Below, in pieces: positions 36,634 through 46,004 of a stretch of DNA of 64,000 bases. The DNA lies in NCBI GenBank assembly GCA_963772005.1, contig CAVYVS010000020.1:25312-89311 (forward strand). The letters run 5' to 3'. This stretch comes from an uncultured Nitrososphaerota archaeon. GTDB taxonomy: Archaea > Thermoproteota > Nitrososphaeria > Conexivisphaerales > DTJL01. Position 1 is the stretch's first letter. Each line of letters starts with the position of its first letter. A program made the translations under genes and the position numbers. Under the pieces are notes generated by a model. That model was not told where the DNA came from and made no database searches. It was given only the letters and a program-made list of their open reading frames with translations.

Positions 36634-38457
36634 CCCAAAGGATTTATCGCAGGACCGCCACGCTTTGCGTGTCGAAGGGGACTGGGGTCGGCTAACCAAG
36701 AAGGGCCTTCCGTCCGGGCCAGGATCGGACGCCTGTACGCGCGCCGGCCGTATGCCGTCCTCTTGCTCATAGCGGCCGTCGCAGGCTTCATCCTCGTCCT
36801 CACCGACATCTTCATCTTCGCCAGCGGGGCTGGCGGGGCTTCGGCCGTGACGGTGGCAACGGTCGAGGACGGAGCCGTGGTCCTGGTCCTCGGGGCCCTG
36901 CTCTTCCTCCAGGCGAGGCTGAACACAAGGTCCATGGAGGAGGCCGCGTCCCGTCGGGAGTTCGCCTCCCGGGCCCTGCACACCTACCTGGACGCCTCCC
37001 CCATCGCCATAGTCTCCTTCGGCGTCGAGGGAAGGGTTGCCACGTGGAACCCGCAGGCCACCCGGATATTCGGGTGGCTGGAAGACGAGGTCACCGGCAA
37101 GCCCGACCCGAGCGTCATCGAAGGGCTGAGCGCCGCCTTCCAGGCGCAGTTCCAGCGGGTCCTCGCAGGCGAAAGGCTCGACGACCATGAGGAGACGCGG
37201 AGGGGCAAGGGCGGCGCCCAGATCGAAGTCTTCCTCACGATGATGCCCATGAAGGATGCCGCCGGGGAGGTCATCGGGGTCATCAGCTTCATCGAGGACA
37301 TCTCCCAGAGGAAGCTGGAGAGGGAGGCCCTCATCGACACCAACAGGGTGTTCAGGTCGACCTTCGAGGACGCCGCCATCGGGATGGCCATGACCAGCCT
37401 GGAGGGGCGATGGCTGAAGGTCAACAAGGCCCTTTGCGAAATCCTGGGCTATTCCGAAGGCGAGCTCCTGGCCACGACCTTCCAGGACGTGACCTTCCCC
37501 GACGACCTCCAGGCCGCCATCGACCTCAACAGGAGGATGGTGGAGGGGAGGATCGCTTCGTACCAGATTGAGAAGCGCTACGTCCGAAAGGGGGGCGGGA
37601 TCGTGTGGGTGGCCCAGAGCGCGTCGGTGGTGCACGACGCCGGAGGGAGCTCGCTCTACTCCATCGAGCAGCTCCAGGACATCACCTCCCGGAAGGCTGC
37701 CGAAGAGGAGCTCAAGTCCTACAGCGTCGGGCTGGAGCAGATGGTGAAGGAGCGGACCGAGGAGCTGGAAGAGGCGCACAGGCTGCTGGTCCAGGCCGAG
37801 CGGCTGGCTGCCATCGGCACCGTCGCTGCCCAGGTGGCCCACGACCTCAGGAACCCGCTGACGGCCATAAACACACACCTGTACTACATCAAGAACGTGC
37901 TCCCGTCACGGCTGGGCAAGAAGGTGGACCAGTCGGTCAACGAGATGGAGGGAGCCGTGGCCCACTCCTCCAAGATAATCGACGACCTCCTGGAGTACTC
38001 CAGGGCCGCCGACCTCAAGGAGGAGAGGTTGGACCTGAGCGACTTCGTCAAGAGGTGCGCGGAGGCCCTCACGCCTCCTCCGTCGGTGGAGGTCAAGCTG
38101 GACCTCGAGCCAGGGCTCGCTATCGTCGGGGACGTGGCCAAGCTGAAGCGCGTCTTCCAGAACGTGATCTCCAACTCCTTCGAGGCGATGCCGGACGGAG
38201 GGACGGTGGCGATATGGACCAAGGAGGATGGAGACCGGGTCATCACCGAGGTGGTTGACACCGGCACCGGGATGAACGAAAGGACCCGCCAGCAACTCTT
38301 CACTCCGTTCTTCACCACCAAGGCGCGAGGCCTGGGCCTCGGCCTGGCCATCTGCCGCAGGCTGGTGGAGGCTCACGGCGGAGAGATCAGGGTCGAGAGC
38401 GAGGAGGGGAAGGGGACGAGGGTGACCGTCTCGCTGCCGAAGGGGCCCTCGGCCTGA
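36631..38457 (+). CDS. sensor histidine kinase (2 TM, PAS-PAS-HisKA-HATPase_c)
   Basis: Two PAS-like blocks, the H-box VAHDLRNPL, and the N/G boxes NSFEAM, DTGTGM and GLGLGL. No response regulator is adjacent. Confidence 0.85.
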   Translation: MPKGFIAGPPRFACRRGLGSANQEGPSVRARIGRLYARRPYAVLLLIAAVAGFILVLTDIFIFASGAGGASAVTVATVEDGAVVLVLGALLFLQARLNTRSMEEAASRREFASRALHTYLDASPIAIVSFGVEGRVATWNPQATRIFGWLEDEVTGKPDPSVIEGLSAAFQAQFQRVLAGERLDDHEETRRGKGGAQIEVFLTMMPMKDAAGEVIGVISFIEDISQRKLEREALIDTNRVFRSTFEDAAIGMAMTSLEGRWLKVNKALCEILGYSEGELLATTFQDVTFPDDLQAAIDLNRRMVEGRIASYQIEKRYVRKGGGIVWVAQSASVVHDAGGSSLYSIEQLQDITSRKAAEEELKSYSVGLEQMVKERTEELEEAHRLLVQAERLAAIGTVAAQVAHDLRNPLTAINTHLYYIKNVLPSRLGKKVDQSVNEMEGAVAHSSKIIDDLLEYSRAADLKEERLDLSDFVKRCAEALTPPPSVEVKLDLEPGLAIVGDVAKLKRVFQNVISNSFEAMPDGGTVAIWTKEDGDRVITEVVDTGTGMNERTRQQLFTPFFTTKARGLGLGLAICRRLVEAHGGEIRVESEEGKGTRVTVSLPKGPSA

Positions 38458-39457
38458 TCAGTAGCCCCTCTCCTTGTCCACCACGTGGGCAAGGGTTCTG
38501 CCGCTGAGGTACCGGCCCAGGTTGTCGCAGAACAATGCAGTGGCCTGCTCGAAGTAGTCCTCCATGCCGCCCGAGATATGGGGGCTCGATGATCACGTTC
38601 GGGAGGTCCCAGAGCCTACTTTCGGTAGGAAGGGGCTCCGTCGCGAAGACGTCGAGTCCGGCCCCGGCGATCTTCCGCTGCTCGAGGGCCTCCACCAACG
38701 CCACTTCGTCTACTATCCTCCCCCTCGCTATGTTGATGATGAAGGCGGACTCCTTCATCATCCCCAGCTCCTTCTCCCCGATCAGGCCCTCGGTCTCGCG
38801 GGTGAGGGGGACGCATATCACGACGAAGTCGCTCTCCGACAACAGCCTTGGAAGTTGCGACGGTGGCAGGAGGAGGTCCACGTTGTCGGCTGAAGCCTCC
38901 TCTGTGGCAGACCTCTTCGTCGCCACCACCCTCATGCCGAAGGCCTTCGAAAGCCTGGCCACTTCGCCGCCTATGTGGCCCAACCCCACCACCCCCACCG
39001 TCTTTGACCTCAGCACCGTCGTGCCCAGCCGCTCCCATTTCTTCTCCTGCTTCAGCTGGAAGCACAGAGGCGCGTGCTTGGCGAACATCAGCATCAACTG
39101 GAGGACGAATTCGCCGATGGGCGTCGCATGGATGCCGCTGACGTTGGTGAGGACCACTCGGCTGGCGCGCACCTCTTCGTCGAGGTACCTCTCAACGCCG
39201 GCCGATATCACCTGCACCCACTTCAGCCGCGGCGCACGGGCGAGGACGTTTCGGGGTAGGCCGAACCCGTAGATGACCTCGGCATCTGCCAGGAGGGCGT
39301 CCAGCTGGGCCTCGCGAGAGAGGTCCCCTCCCTCCTCTGCCGCCAGAAGCTCGAAGCCGTCTTGAAGGTCAATCCTCGGGGTGACCCCCCTGATCCGCCT
39401 AGTCAGCTCATCGCCGATGGGGATCGTGACCAGCACCTTCACGGACTTGGTGGACAT
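38458..39457 (-). pseudogene. D-isomer-specific 2-hydroxyacid dehydrogenase, one frame break near 38565
   Basis: GVVGLGHIGGEVAR and NIARGRIVD. Removing one base at atcatcgagccccca restores IISPHISGGMEDYFEQ...ERGY with TGA at 38458-38460. Confidence 0.8.
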
Positions 39458-39625
39458 CTCCGCCTTCCCGTCCGCGTCAGCTCCTATAAGGCATCCCGCA
39501 GTCCGGCCCTGCTCCCCGTGGAAGTGCAAGGGGTTGCTGCGCCGCTGAATTCAGGCCCTCGGGCCAGCATCGGAGGGCATGGGTCGACCGAGGCCCGTAT
39601 TAGTTCCCCTATCTCAAGGAGTGTC

Positions 39626-40267
39626 GTGAAGGAGGTCATCCTCTCCGTCAAAACGCCCGACGGTCCCTACTGCGAAGTCATCAGGAACACTTCGGGGAAC
39701 GCGTCGCTGAGAGACCTGAAGGTGGGCCTAAGGAAGGAGAGGTTCCATCACCTGGTGGAGCTCCACCCGCCTCCCGGAGAATACGCCAAGGTCCTGAGGC
39801 GGCTTAGGAGTGCGAAGGCCATCAAGGGTATAGACGTCGTCAGGGAGGAGCCGCAAAAACTGGTGGCCGAGGTCGTCACGTCGGGCTGCCCGCTATGCCG
39901 GAGCATCAGCTCCTTCAACTGCTTCGTGATGGGCGCCCACTCGGAGGCCCCTGACGAGATACGCTGGAGGCTCCTAGTGGAGCAGTCACAGCCGCTCAAG
40001 GGGCTCATAGATGCGCTACAAGAGGTGGGCGCCGTCCCCGAGGTCCTCAAGATTGCCAAGGTGGGGCGAGTCGGAAGGGTCACGCCCAGGGAGGAGGAGA
40101 CGTTGAGGATCGCCCTAGAGGCCGGCTACTTCGACTACCCGAGGAAGGTCGGGCTCAGGAGGCTGGCCACCTTCATGAAACTGCAGCCCGGGACGGTCAG
40201 TGAAACGCTGAGGAGGGCCGAAAGGAACTTGGTGCAGGAGTATGTAAGGAGAGAGGGCGGCGAGTGA
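39626..40267 (+). CDS. HTH_10 (bacterio-opsin-activator-type) DNA-binding protein
   Basis: The C-terminus TPREEETLRIALEAGYFDYPRKVGLRRLATFMKLQPGTVSETLRRAERNL is typical. The GTG at 39626 is the proposed start. Confidence 0.7.
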   Translation: MKEVILSVKTPDGPYCEVIRNTSGNASLRDLKVGLRKERFHHLVELHPPPGEYAKVLRRLRSAKAIKGIDVVREEPQKLVAEVVTSGCPLCRSISSFNCFVMGAHSEAPDEIRWRLLVEQSQPLKGLIDALQEVGAVPEVLKIAKVGRVGRVTPREEETLRIALEAGYFDYPRKVGLRRLATFMKLQPGTVSETLRRAERNLVQEYVRREGGE

Positions 40268-40276
40268 CGGCGACGC

Positions 40277-40711
40277 CTATCCGCCCGTCACGGCCGTAAG
40301 CACGTTGACTTGGCAGTTGTCCATGAGCCTGGGGATCGTCGGTCACGGTCACGCCGTCCACTTGAAGCAGCATCGAGGAGAACATGCCCTCAACGAGGGG
40401 TGAAGGTTCGCGAGGAGGCCTTCGAGGTCGGAGAGGCGGGCAGGGCCGATCAGCACCACCGCCTCTTCTTTCGTCCCGGTCATCTGCAATGGCATCCCGA
40501 AGTAGACGACCTCGACTCTGACTTCACCGCGGCCGGCAGCCTGCGTCTGCAATGCGGAATTGGGCGGCTGGGTCACGGTCCCGCCCTGGGCATGGGTAGG
40601 AGAGATCATCTTCACTCCGGCCGCCATGGCGACTAGCCCCGCCGAGCACAGGAGGATCTCCTTGACGGCCTTGCGCCTTGCTCCGTCCACGGCCCCACGG
40701 CTGTCGGTCAA
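40277..40711 (-). pseudogene. membrane-anchored MoaD/ThiS-like beta-grasp protein ending in Gly-Gly, two compensating frame breaks
   Basis: The N-terminus is RRKAVKEILLCSAGLVAMAAGV (basic plus hydrophobic). It continues VRVEVVYFGMPLQMTG..LSDLEGLL, then MLLQVDGVTVTDDPQA (track ORF 40197..40385), then MDNCQVNVLTAVTGG-stop (TAG 40277-40279). The start is 8 nt after the nirK stop. Confidence 0.5.
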
Positions 40712-40718
40712 TTCGCGA

Positions 40719-42053
40719 TCACGGCCCCGCCTCGACCATCACGATGCCCGTCATCCACGGATGGAGGGTGCAGTAGTAGGCGTAGGTTCCCGGCGTGTCG
40801 AAGGTGTAGGTCCAAGACGACCCGGGCTCTATCATCCCTGAGTCGAAGAGGCCCGTCCTCGAGGTGACCGTGTGCGGCATGGTGTCGTCGTTGGTCCATG
40901 TGATCGTGTTGTTGACCCCCACCACCACCGAGATGGGATCGGGGGAGTAGTAGTCCGACTTGCCCTGCTGGGAGCCCCCCGCCAAGATGGCCACGGGGGT
41001 CGAGCCGGCTACGCCCGTGGAGGCTCCCGGGCTCCCCCCTGTCGTCGTGGAGTTTCCGCCCTCGACCGCAAAGAGCCCCACTGCGCCAATCGAAGCGTCA
41101 TCGAAGGCGTGAGTGACGAACGGGTTCTCTCCACCGGCGTCGGGGAAGTACATGTCGACGATGGCGCCTCCCGAAGGAGGGATGCTCACCGTCTGGAGCC
41201 CGTGCTGCACGTTCTCGGGATTGCCGTCGGCGTAGACTGTGTCCATGATCCCTCCTATGACGTGGAAGGCTTCCCAGAGGCTGGGCCCTTCGTTAAGGAG
41301 GTAGAGGCGCACCAGCTCGTTGGGCATCACGGCGAGGGGCTGGCTCTGGTACTGGAAGGCCTTGCCGTTGAAGACGACGTAGTCGGGCGTGCCGGCCAAC
41401 ATCTTGGTATAGTTGCCCGAATAGCTGCCGTCGGAGTTAGGCTGCGAGTTCAGGTAGAACTCGCTCTGGATGATGACGTACTCCCCTCCCGGAGCCGAAG
41501 CCATGGGCGTGGAGGGCTGCACTATGATGGCGCCGTACATCCCGTTCCCGATATGTTCCAGGACCGGAGGGGTGCCACAGTGGTACATGAAGACGCCTGG
41601 ATATAGCGGCACGAAGGAGAAGGTCTCGTTCCCCCCCGGCGCCACGGCGGCATAGTCTGTGGCCCAGTCCACCTGGGCCGCGTGGAAGTCTATTGAGTGA
41701 GGCATCGAGTCGTTGTTCACCAGCGTTACGTCGACGGTATCTCCCTGGGTCACCCAGATCGTCGGGCCGGGGACGGTGCCATTGAAGGTCCACGCGTCGT
41801 ATGTTACGTTGGGCGCTATCTGAATCTCAGCTGACGTGCCAACCAACGTGATGTGCGCCTCGGAGGGCGTCGTCGCCGCCTGAGCGGAACCTGTGTCCGC
41901 GCTGGTCGCTTTAGAGGCTGTGAGCTCCGGAAGCATCTGGCCTTCAACCACCGCCATGCTCTCCAAGACGAGTATCCCAACAACCGCCACGATCAAGAAC
42001 ATCGTCCATTCGGTCTTCCTTGGTTTGGTCGACATCGGTCTTCCCACTGCCAA
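40719..42053 (-). CDS. nirK: copper-containing nitrite reductase (NirK-type two-domain multicopper oxidase) with N-terminal anchor and C-terminal cupredoxin domain
   Basis: HSIDFHAA (T1/T2 His pair) and MYHCGTPPVLEHIGNGMYG (His-Cys...His...Met). The C-terminal domain carries YYCTLHPWMTG, a plastocyanin/amicyanin-like C-x2-H-x2-M. Confidence 0.85.
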   Translation of the reverse strand: MAVGRPMSTKPRKTEWTMFLIVAVVGILVLESMAVVEGQMLPELTASKATSADTGSAQAATTPSEAHITLVGTSAEIQIAPNVTYDAWTFNGTVPGPTIWVTQGDTVDVTLVNNDSMPHSIDFHAAQVDWATDYAAVAPGGNETFSFVPLYPGVFMYHCGTPPVLEHIGNGMYGAIIVQPSTPMASAPGGEYVIIQSEFYLNSQPNSDGSYSGNYTKMLAGTPDYVVFNGKAFQYQSQPLAVMPNELVRLYLLNEGPSLWEAFHVIGGIMDTVYADGNPENVQHGLQTVSIPPSGGAIVDMYFPDAGGENPFVTHAFDDASIGAVGLFAVEGGNSTTTGGSPGASTGVAGSTPVAILAGGSQQGKSDYYSPDPISVVVGVNNTITWTNDDTMPHTVTSRTGLFDSGMIEPGSSWTYTFDTPGTYAYYCTLHPWMTGIVMVEAGP

Positions 42054-42213
42054 CCATGGGGAGTGACGCCGGGTTAGCGGTTCTCCCTAACGATTGTTAG
42101 GCACTCCCGCCAGAATAAAGCTAGGAACCTGTCCGGCCTCACGATACGCTTATGGGTCTCCTTCGCGACACCCCACAGGAGGCTGGCGAAGGCCCACGAC
42201 GTCAGAGTCCGCC

Positions 42214-42498
42214 GTGTTCGAGAGGAGGGTATGGAAATGCGTAGACGCGGCGCTGACCGACCTGGGGATGGGCGTAAAGGACGAAATCCTGGAGTATCTC
42301 CTGGTCGCCAGGCGCATGAATCACGATGACATAATCCGTCGCCCCCATGTCTTCGTCAATGCCCTCTACCAGGTCTTCGGCGAAGGGACGCCCCTGATCA
42401 TTTCGATGATAATCGGGGTCATGGCCATCGACTTCGGATTCAAAGGACACCCGAACGGCTGGGCTCTGGCTGTGTCGATGGCGAGGTCTTCCCTCTAG
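42214..42498 (+). CDS. small hypothetical protein, paralog of 21685..21999
   Basis: The GTG at 42214 is the proposed start. VFERRVWKCVDAALTDLGMGVKDEILEYLL..RRPHVFVNALYQVFGEG. Confidence 0.45.
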   Translation: MFERRVWKCVDAALTDLGMGVKDEILEYLLVARRMNHDDIIRRPHVFVNALYQVFGEGTPLIISMIIGVMAIDFGFKGHPNGWALAVSMARSSL

Positions 42499-42551
42499 TC
42501 GCCCCCAGCCGCTGGTCGAACCAGCTTTGCGCTATCCTGCTAGGCCGGTTC

Positions 42552-43394
42552 CTAGTCCCAGTCCACTTTTATCCAGCCTTCGATGGTGTGGGCCGGCCTG
42601 CCTTCCTTTCCGAAGACGCCGGTGGCGCACCTCCACAGGGCGGTCGTCGTCTTGTCATACCTCCCTGCGGTGGAGGACTGCAACCTCGCGAACGAGCCGT
42701 AGTCCAACCCCTTGACCAGGTCAAGGGGGAAGGGCTTGGAGGCCCTGCGCGACCCCTCCAACTTGCCGTCCTTCAGCCAGTCGCAGTTCCGGTCCAGCGC
42801 CGCCGTCCTAGCCCCCGTGGTCTCCCATGTGTACACGGCATGAACGGGGTAGGCCCTGCAGGGGAGGGGGCGCTCTTCATAGATCAGGCACTTCAGCGTG
42901 CCGTCCGGGGTCCTCACGTTTTCGGCCGACGTGCTGAGGAACGGGCACGTGTCGCCGTACTCGTCCCTCCCCATCAGCCAATAGGAGATGACGGTCTCCG
43001 GCGCCTTCGCTCCCTTCGCGCTTACCGCCTTCGCCGGGAGGAAGTTGTACTCGATGGGCCTGCCCTTGTCGTCGGTCCTCCTTCCCATCTTCCTGCCGAG
43101 CTTCACCATCCTGGGGAGCTTCCAGGCCTCGACCTCCACGATCCCTTCCTTGCCCATTGCCCTGGGGTCGATGGGGAATCGAGTTCCGGTCTCCGGGTCG
43201 AGACGGCTGTAGATCGAGAGATAGCCCCTCACCACGCAGCACGTGTTGCACCCGCTGATGCAGCGGAAGCGGATGGCCGGGTCTACTTCGATCAACCGTG
43301 TCAGTGAGGCGATTCGCGGCAGATAACCGTTTCTGGGCCGAGTCTTGCTCGGCTCTCGGGCCTGGTCATGAAGCCCGGCACCCTGGGGAGACAT
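42552..43394 (-). CDS. YkgJ/UPF0153-type Cys-cluster (zinc/iron-chelating) protein, long form
   Basis: FRCISGCNTCC is a CxxxCxxCC cluster, with further Cys in DTCPFL and LPCRAYP. Confidence 0.5.
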   Translation of the reverse strand: MSPQGAGLHDQAREPSKTRPRNGYLPRIASLTRLIEVDPAIRFRCISGCNTCCVVRGYLSIYSRLDPETGTRFPIDPRAMGKEGIVEVEAWKLPRMVKLGRKMGRRTDDKGRPIEYNFLPAKAVSAKGAKAPETVISYWLMGRDEYGDTCPFLSTSAENVRTPDGTLKCLIYEERPLPCRAYPVHAVYTWETTGARTAALDRNCDWLKDGKLEGSRRASKPFPLDLVKGLDYGSFARLQSSTAGRYDKTTTALWRCATGVFGKEGRPAHTIEGWIKVDWD

Positions 43395-43429
43395 GGGAAG
43401 CTTAAACTACGGGCCGAAGGGACGACGGA

Positions 43430-44358
43430 TTGGTTTTGCCGAGCGGAGAGCTGGTCTGCCAGGGCCTTTCGAAGGTCTACTCTGGATCGAAGGGCGTCAA
43501 GGCGCTCGACTCGGTGAGCCTCTCGGTACCCTCTCATGGCGTCTTCTCCCTCATCGGGATGAACGGCGCAGGGAAGACCACCCTCGTCCGGATACTCGCG
43601 ACGGACCTCGAACCGACTTCGGGCTCGGCCACCATAAACGGCATAGACGTGATCAGCGAAGCGCGAAAGCTGAGGGAGATGATAGGCATAATCCCCCAGG
43701 AGGCGCGGGCCATCCCATGGATGACCCCAAGGCAGAGCGTCTTCTCATACCTCCTCTGGCGGGGCATCTCATACGGCGAAGCGAGGGCCAGGGCCGCCGA
43801 GGCCCTGGCGAAGGTGGGCCTCGAGGAGAAGGCCGACGACTTCAACAGGAGGCTCTCCAGCGGCCAGAAGAGGAAGGTCATGGTGGCCACGGTGCTCGCC
43901 GCCGACGCCGAGGTCACCTTCTTGGACGAGCCCACCACCGGGCTGGATCCCGTCTCACGGAAGGAGCTCTGGAAGTCCCTCCGGGAGATCGCAGCCAAGC
44001 GCTTCCTGATACTCACGACGCACTACCTGGAGGAGGCCGAGCAGCTGGCCAACGTGATAGGCATCCTGGACAAGGGGCGGCTGGTCGCCCTCGGCGGCTT
44101 CGATTCGCTAAGGGAGACGATGAAGTACCAATACAGCATAAGGCTACCGTCAGCCGCCAGGATCCCACCCCTCAGGGAGGGGGTCGCCACTTCCGGCGCC
44201 GACGGCCAGACCCAGATCCTGACCAGCGAAGCCGAAGCCTATCGCGTCTCCAGGGAGCTCCTCGAGAACGGCACGAAGTTCTCCGTCAACCGGGTCTCCC
44301 TTGACGACGTCTTCTTCCACTTTGTGCATGCGGGATTGGAGGAGGGGAGGCCCGGTGA
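43430..44358 (+). CDS. ABC transporter ATP-binding protein (ABC-2 type); natural stop lost as assembled
   Basis: GMNGAGKTT, LSSGQKRK and FLDEPTTGLD. The assembled frame reads on to 45142. A one-base change near 44350 gives ...GRPR-TGA overlapping the GTG of the permease (GTGA at 44355-44358). Confidence 0.8.
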
Positions 44359-45095
44359 GCCGCTGGAGCCGGCAGCTCGTGGCCGCGGTGCTCGTGAACG
44401 CCGTCTACGCCATGAAGAACTATCCAGTGGTGCTGCTAAACACGGTCTTGGCGCCGATTTCCTTCCTGGTCATCATCAACTTCGTGAGCAAGGGAGGGCT
44501 CCTCGACCAGGCCATCGAGGGGGCCTTCATAATGAGCATGTTCTCCAGCGGCATGGGGCTGCAGTCGGACCTCTCCCACCTGAAGAACGACTTCAAGCTG
44601 CAGGACATGGTGGTCAGTTCCCCCACCACCCCGGCGGTCTACGTCGCGGGCATGGCCATATCCGAAGTCGTCTACTCCATCCCGGCGCTGCTGACGCTGG
44701 TCGTCTTGCTAGGCTTGATCGTCCATCCCACCGCCTTCCAGGCCCTCACATTGCTCGGGGTGATGGCCCTCATGTTCTTCGCGTCTGTCACCATAGGGTT
44801 CACCCTTTCGACCATCACCAGCGACGTGGTCCAGAGCTTCGCCTTCTCGGGCCTGGTCTCCACGCTCTTTACCACCCTTCCGCCCGTCTACTATCCCATC
44901 ACCTACATCCCCCTCCCGTTCAGGTATCTAGCCTACCTTTCGCCCACGACCTACGCCGCCGAAATCGCCCAGGCCTCCACCGGCCTGCTGAACCTCTCCC
45001 AGTCCGTTCTAGCCATCGATTGGGCTGTCCTCCTAGGCGTCACGGTCTTGCTTTCCTGGGTGGCCGTCAGGAAGGCCCGCTGGAGAGAGGTCTAG
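44355..45095 (+). CDS. ABC-2 family transporter permease
   Basis: Six hydrophobic helices. The GTG start overlaps the inferred ATPase stop. Confidence 0.75.
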   Translation: MSRWSRQLVAAVLVNAVYAMKNYPVVLLNTVLAPISFLVIINFVSKGGLLDQAIEGAFIMSMFSSGMGLQSDLSHLKNDFKLQDMVVSSPTTPAVYVAGMAISEVVYSIPALLTLVVLLGLIVHPTAFQALTLLGVMALMFFASVTIGFTLSTITSDVVQSFAFSGLVSTLFTTLPPVYYPITYIPLPFRYLAYLSPTTYAAEIAQASTGLLNLSQSVLAIDWAVLLGVTVLLSWVAVRKARWREV

Positions 45096-45149
45096 GGACC
45101 TCGGTGGGTCTGATTTCGACTCCGAGCGTTGTTCGTCCTTGAGGCTTGA

Positions 45150-45277
45150 TTAGTTGCTGGTTGAGCAAATGGCTATATGTATTATAGATATACCGAATTA
45201 CTGCAATAATTAACGCTATATAATATAGATTCACAAGGGTTAAAGGCAACCGAGACTAACATTCACAGAGACAAGAT
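45150..45277 (+). promoter_or_regulatory. A/T-rich promoter region of Mo-hydroxylase operon 2
   Basis: The strongly A/T-rich region carries several TATA-like blocks (ctatatgtattatagatata, and ctatat-a-atatag as a 6+1+6 palindrome) upstream of TTG 45278. Confidence 0.45.
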
Positions 45278-46004
45278 TTGTCTAAAACAGAAGACGACAA
45301 AACGAGTAACAAAGTATCTCGCAGAAACTTCATCATCGGTGTCGGCGCAGGAGCGGCAGTGGCTGCCGTCGCTGTGGCCGGCGCTGAGACACTCCTCAAC
45401 TCCGGCACATCCGGTTCGACCGAGACAGTCACAAAGAGGCAGCACGGTGACTTCGACCGTTCAGGGCGGAGGGACGAGCACAGTAACCGTGCCAGGCCCG
45501 CCAGCGATGATCACGCGACAGTCACCTCGATCCAGGCCCGGCCCCGGGCAACGTGCAGCATCATGACCCTCAACGTCAACGGGGTGAGCCGAACCGCCAG
45601 CGTAGACAACAGATGGTCCCTATGCCGACACGCTTCGGTACAAGTTCAATCTGATAGGGACAAGGTCGGCTGCGACAGGGGCGAATGCGGCGCATGCACC
45701 GTCCTCGTGGACGGCGTCCCCGAGCTCTCATGCACGCTGCTGGCCGTAGCCAGCTTGGGTCACGCGATCACCACGATCGAAGGCATCGGAATGCCAGAAC
45801 AGCTCAGCCCCTCCAGGCGAGCACTCTGTGATGCCGACGGCATCCAGTGCGGAGCCTGCATGCCAGGAATGGTCATCGTGCGACGGCCTACAAGAGCAGG
45901 TCCCAAGTCCGACAGACGCCCAATGGAGGAGGCGCTCTGCAGGCAACATCTGCAAGTGCGGGAACTATCCGCACATCCTTCAGGGTTGGAGGCGGTGTCC
46001 ATAA
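45278..46004 (+). pseudogene. Mo-hydroxylase [2Fe-2S] small subunit with Tat signal, copy 2, about seven frame breaks
   Basis: VSRRNFIIGVGAGAAVAAVAVAGA, a Thr/Ser-rich linker, CDRGECGAC, CGACMPG and ICKCGNYPH. The motifs are readable only by hopping frames. TAA at 46002-46004. Confidence 0.75.

Noticed and set aside
36532-37878. The N-terminal 449 aa of the 756-aa minus-strand track ORF (35608..37878), which would make a giant transposase fusion.
   Set aside because: This part is exactly antisense to the well-supported histidine kinase gene. It is Gly/Arg/Pro/Leu/Asp-rich with no domain signature and lies outside the IS terminal repeat. Such long antisense ORFs are expected at this G+C.
44359-45142. 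The C-terminal 260 aa of the 570-aa ABC ATPase track ORF.
   Set aside because: It overlaps the genuine ABC-2 permease frame and is Arg/Gly/Pro/His-rich. It arises from loss of the ATPase stop.
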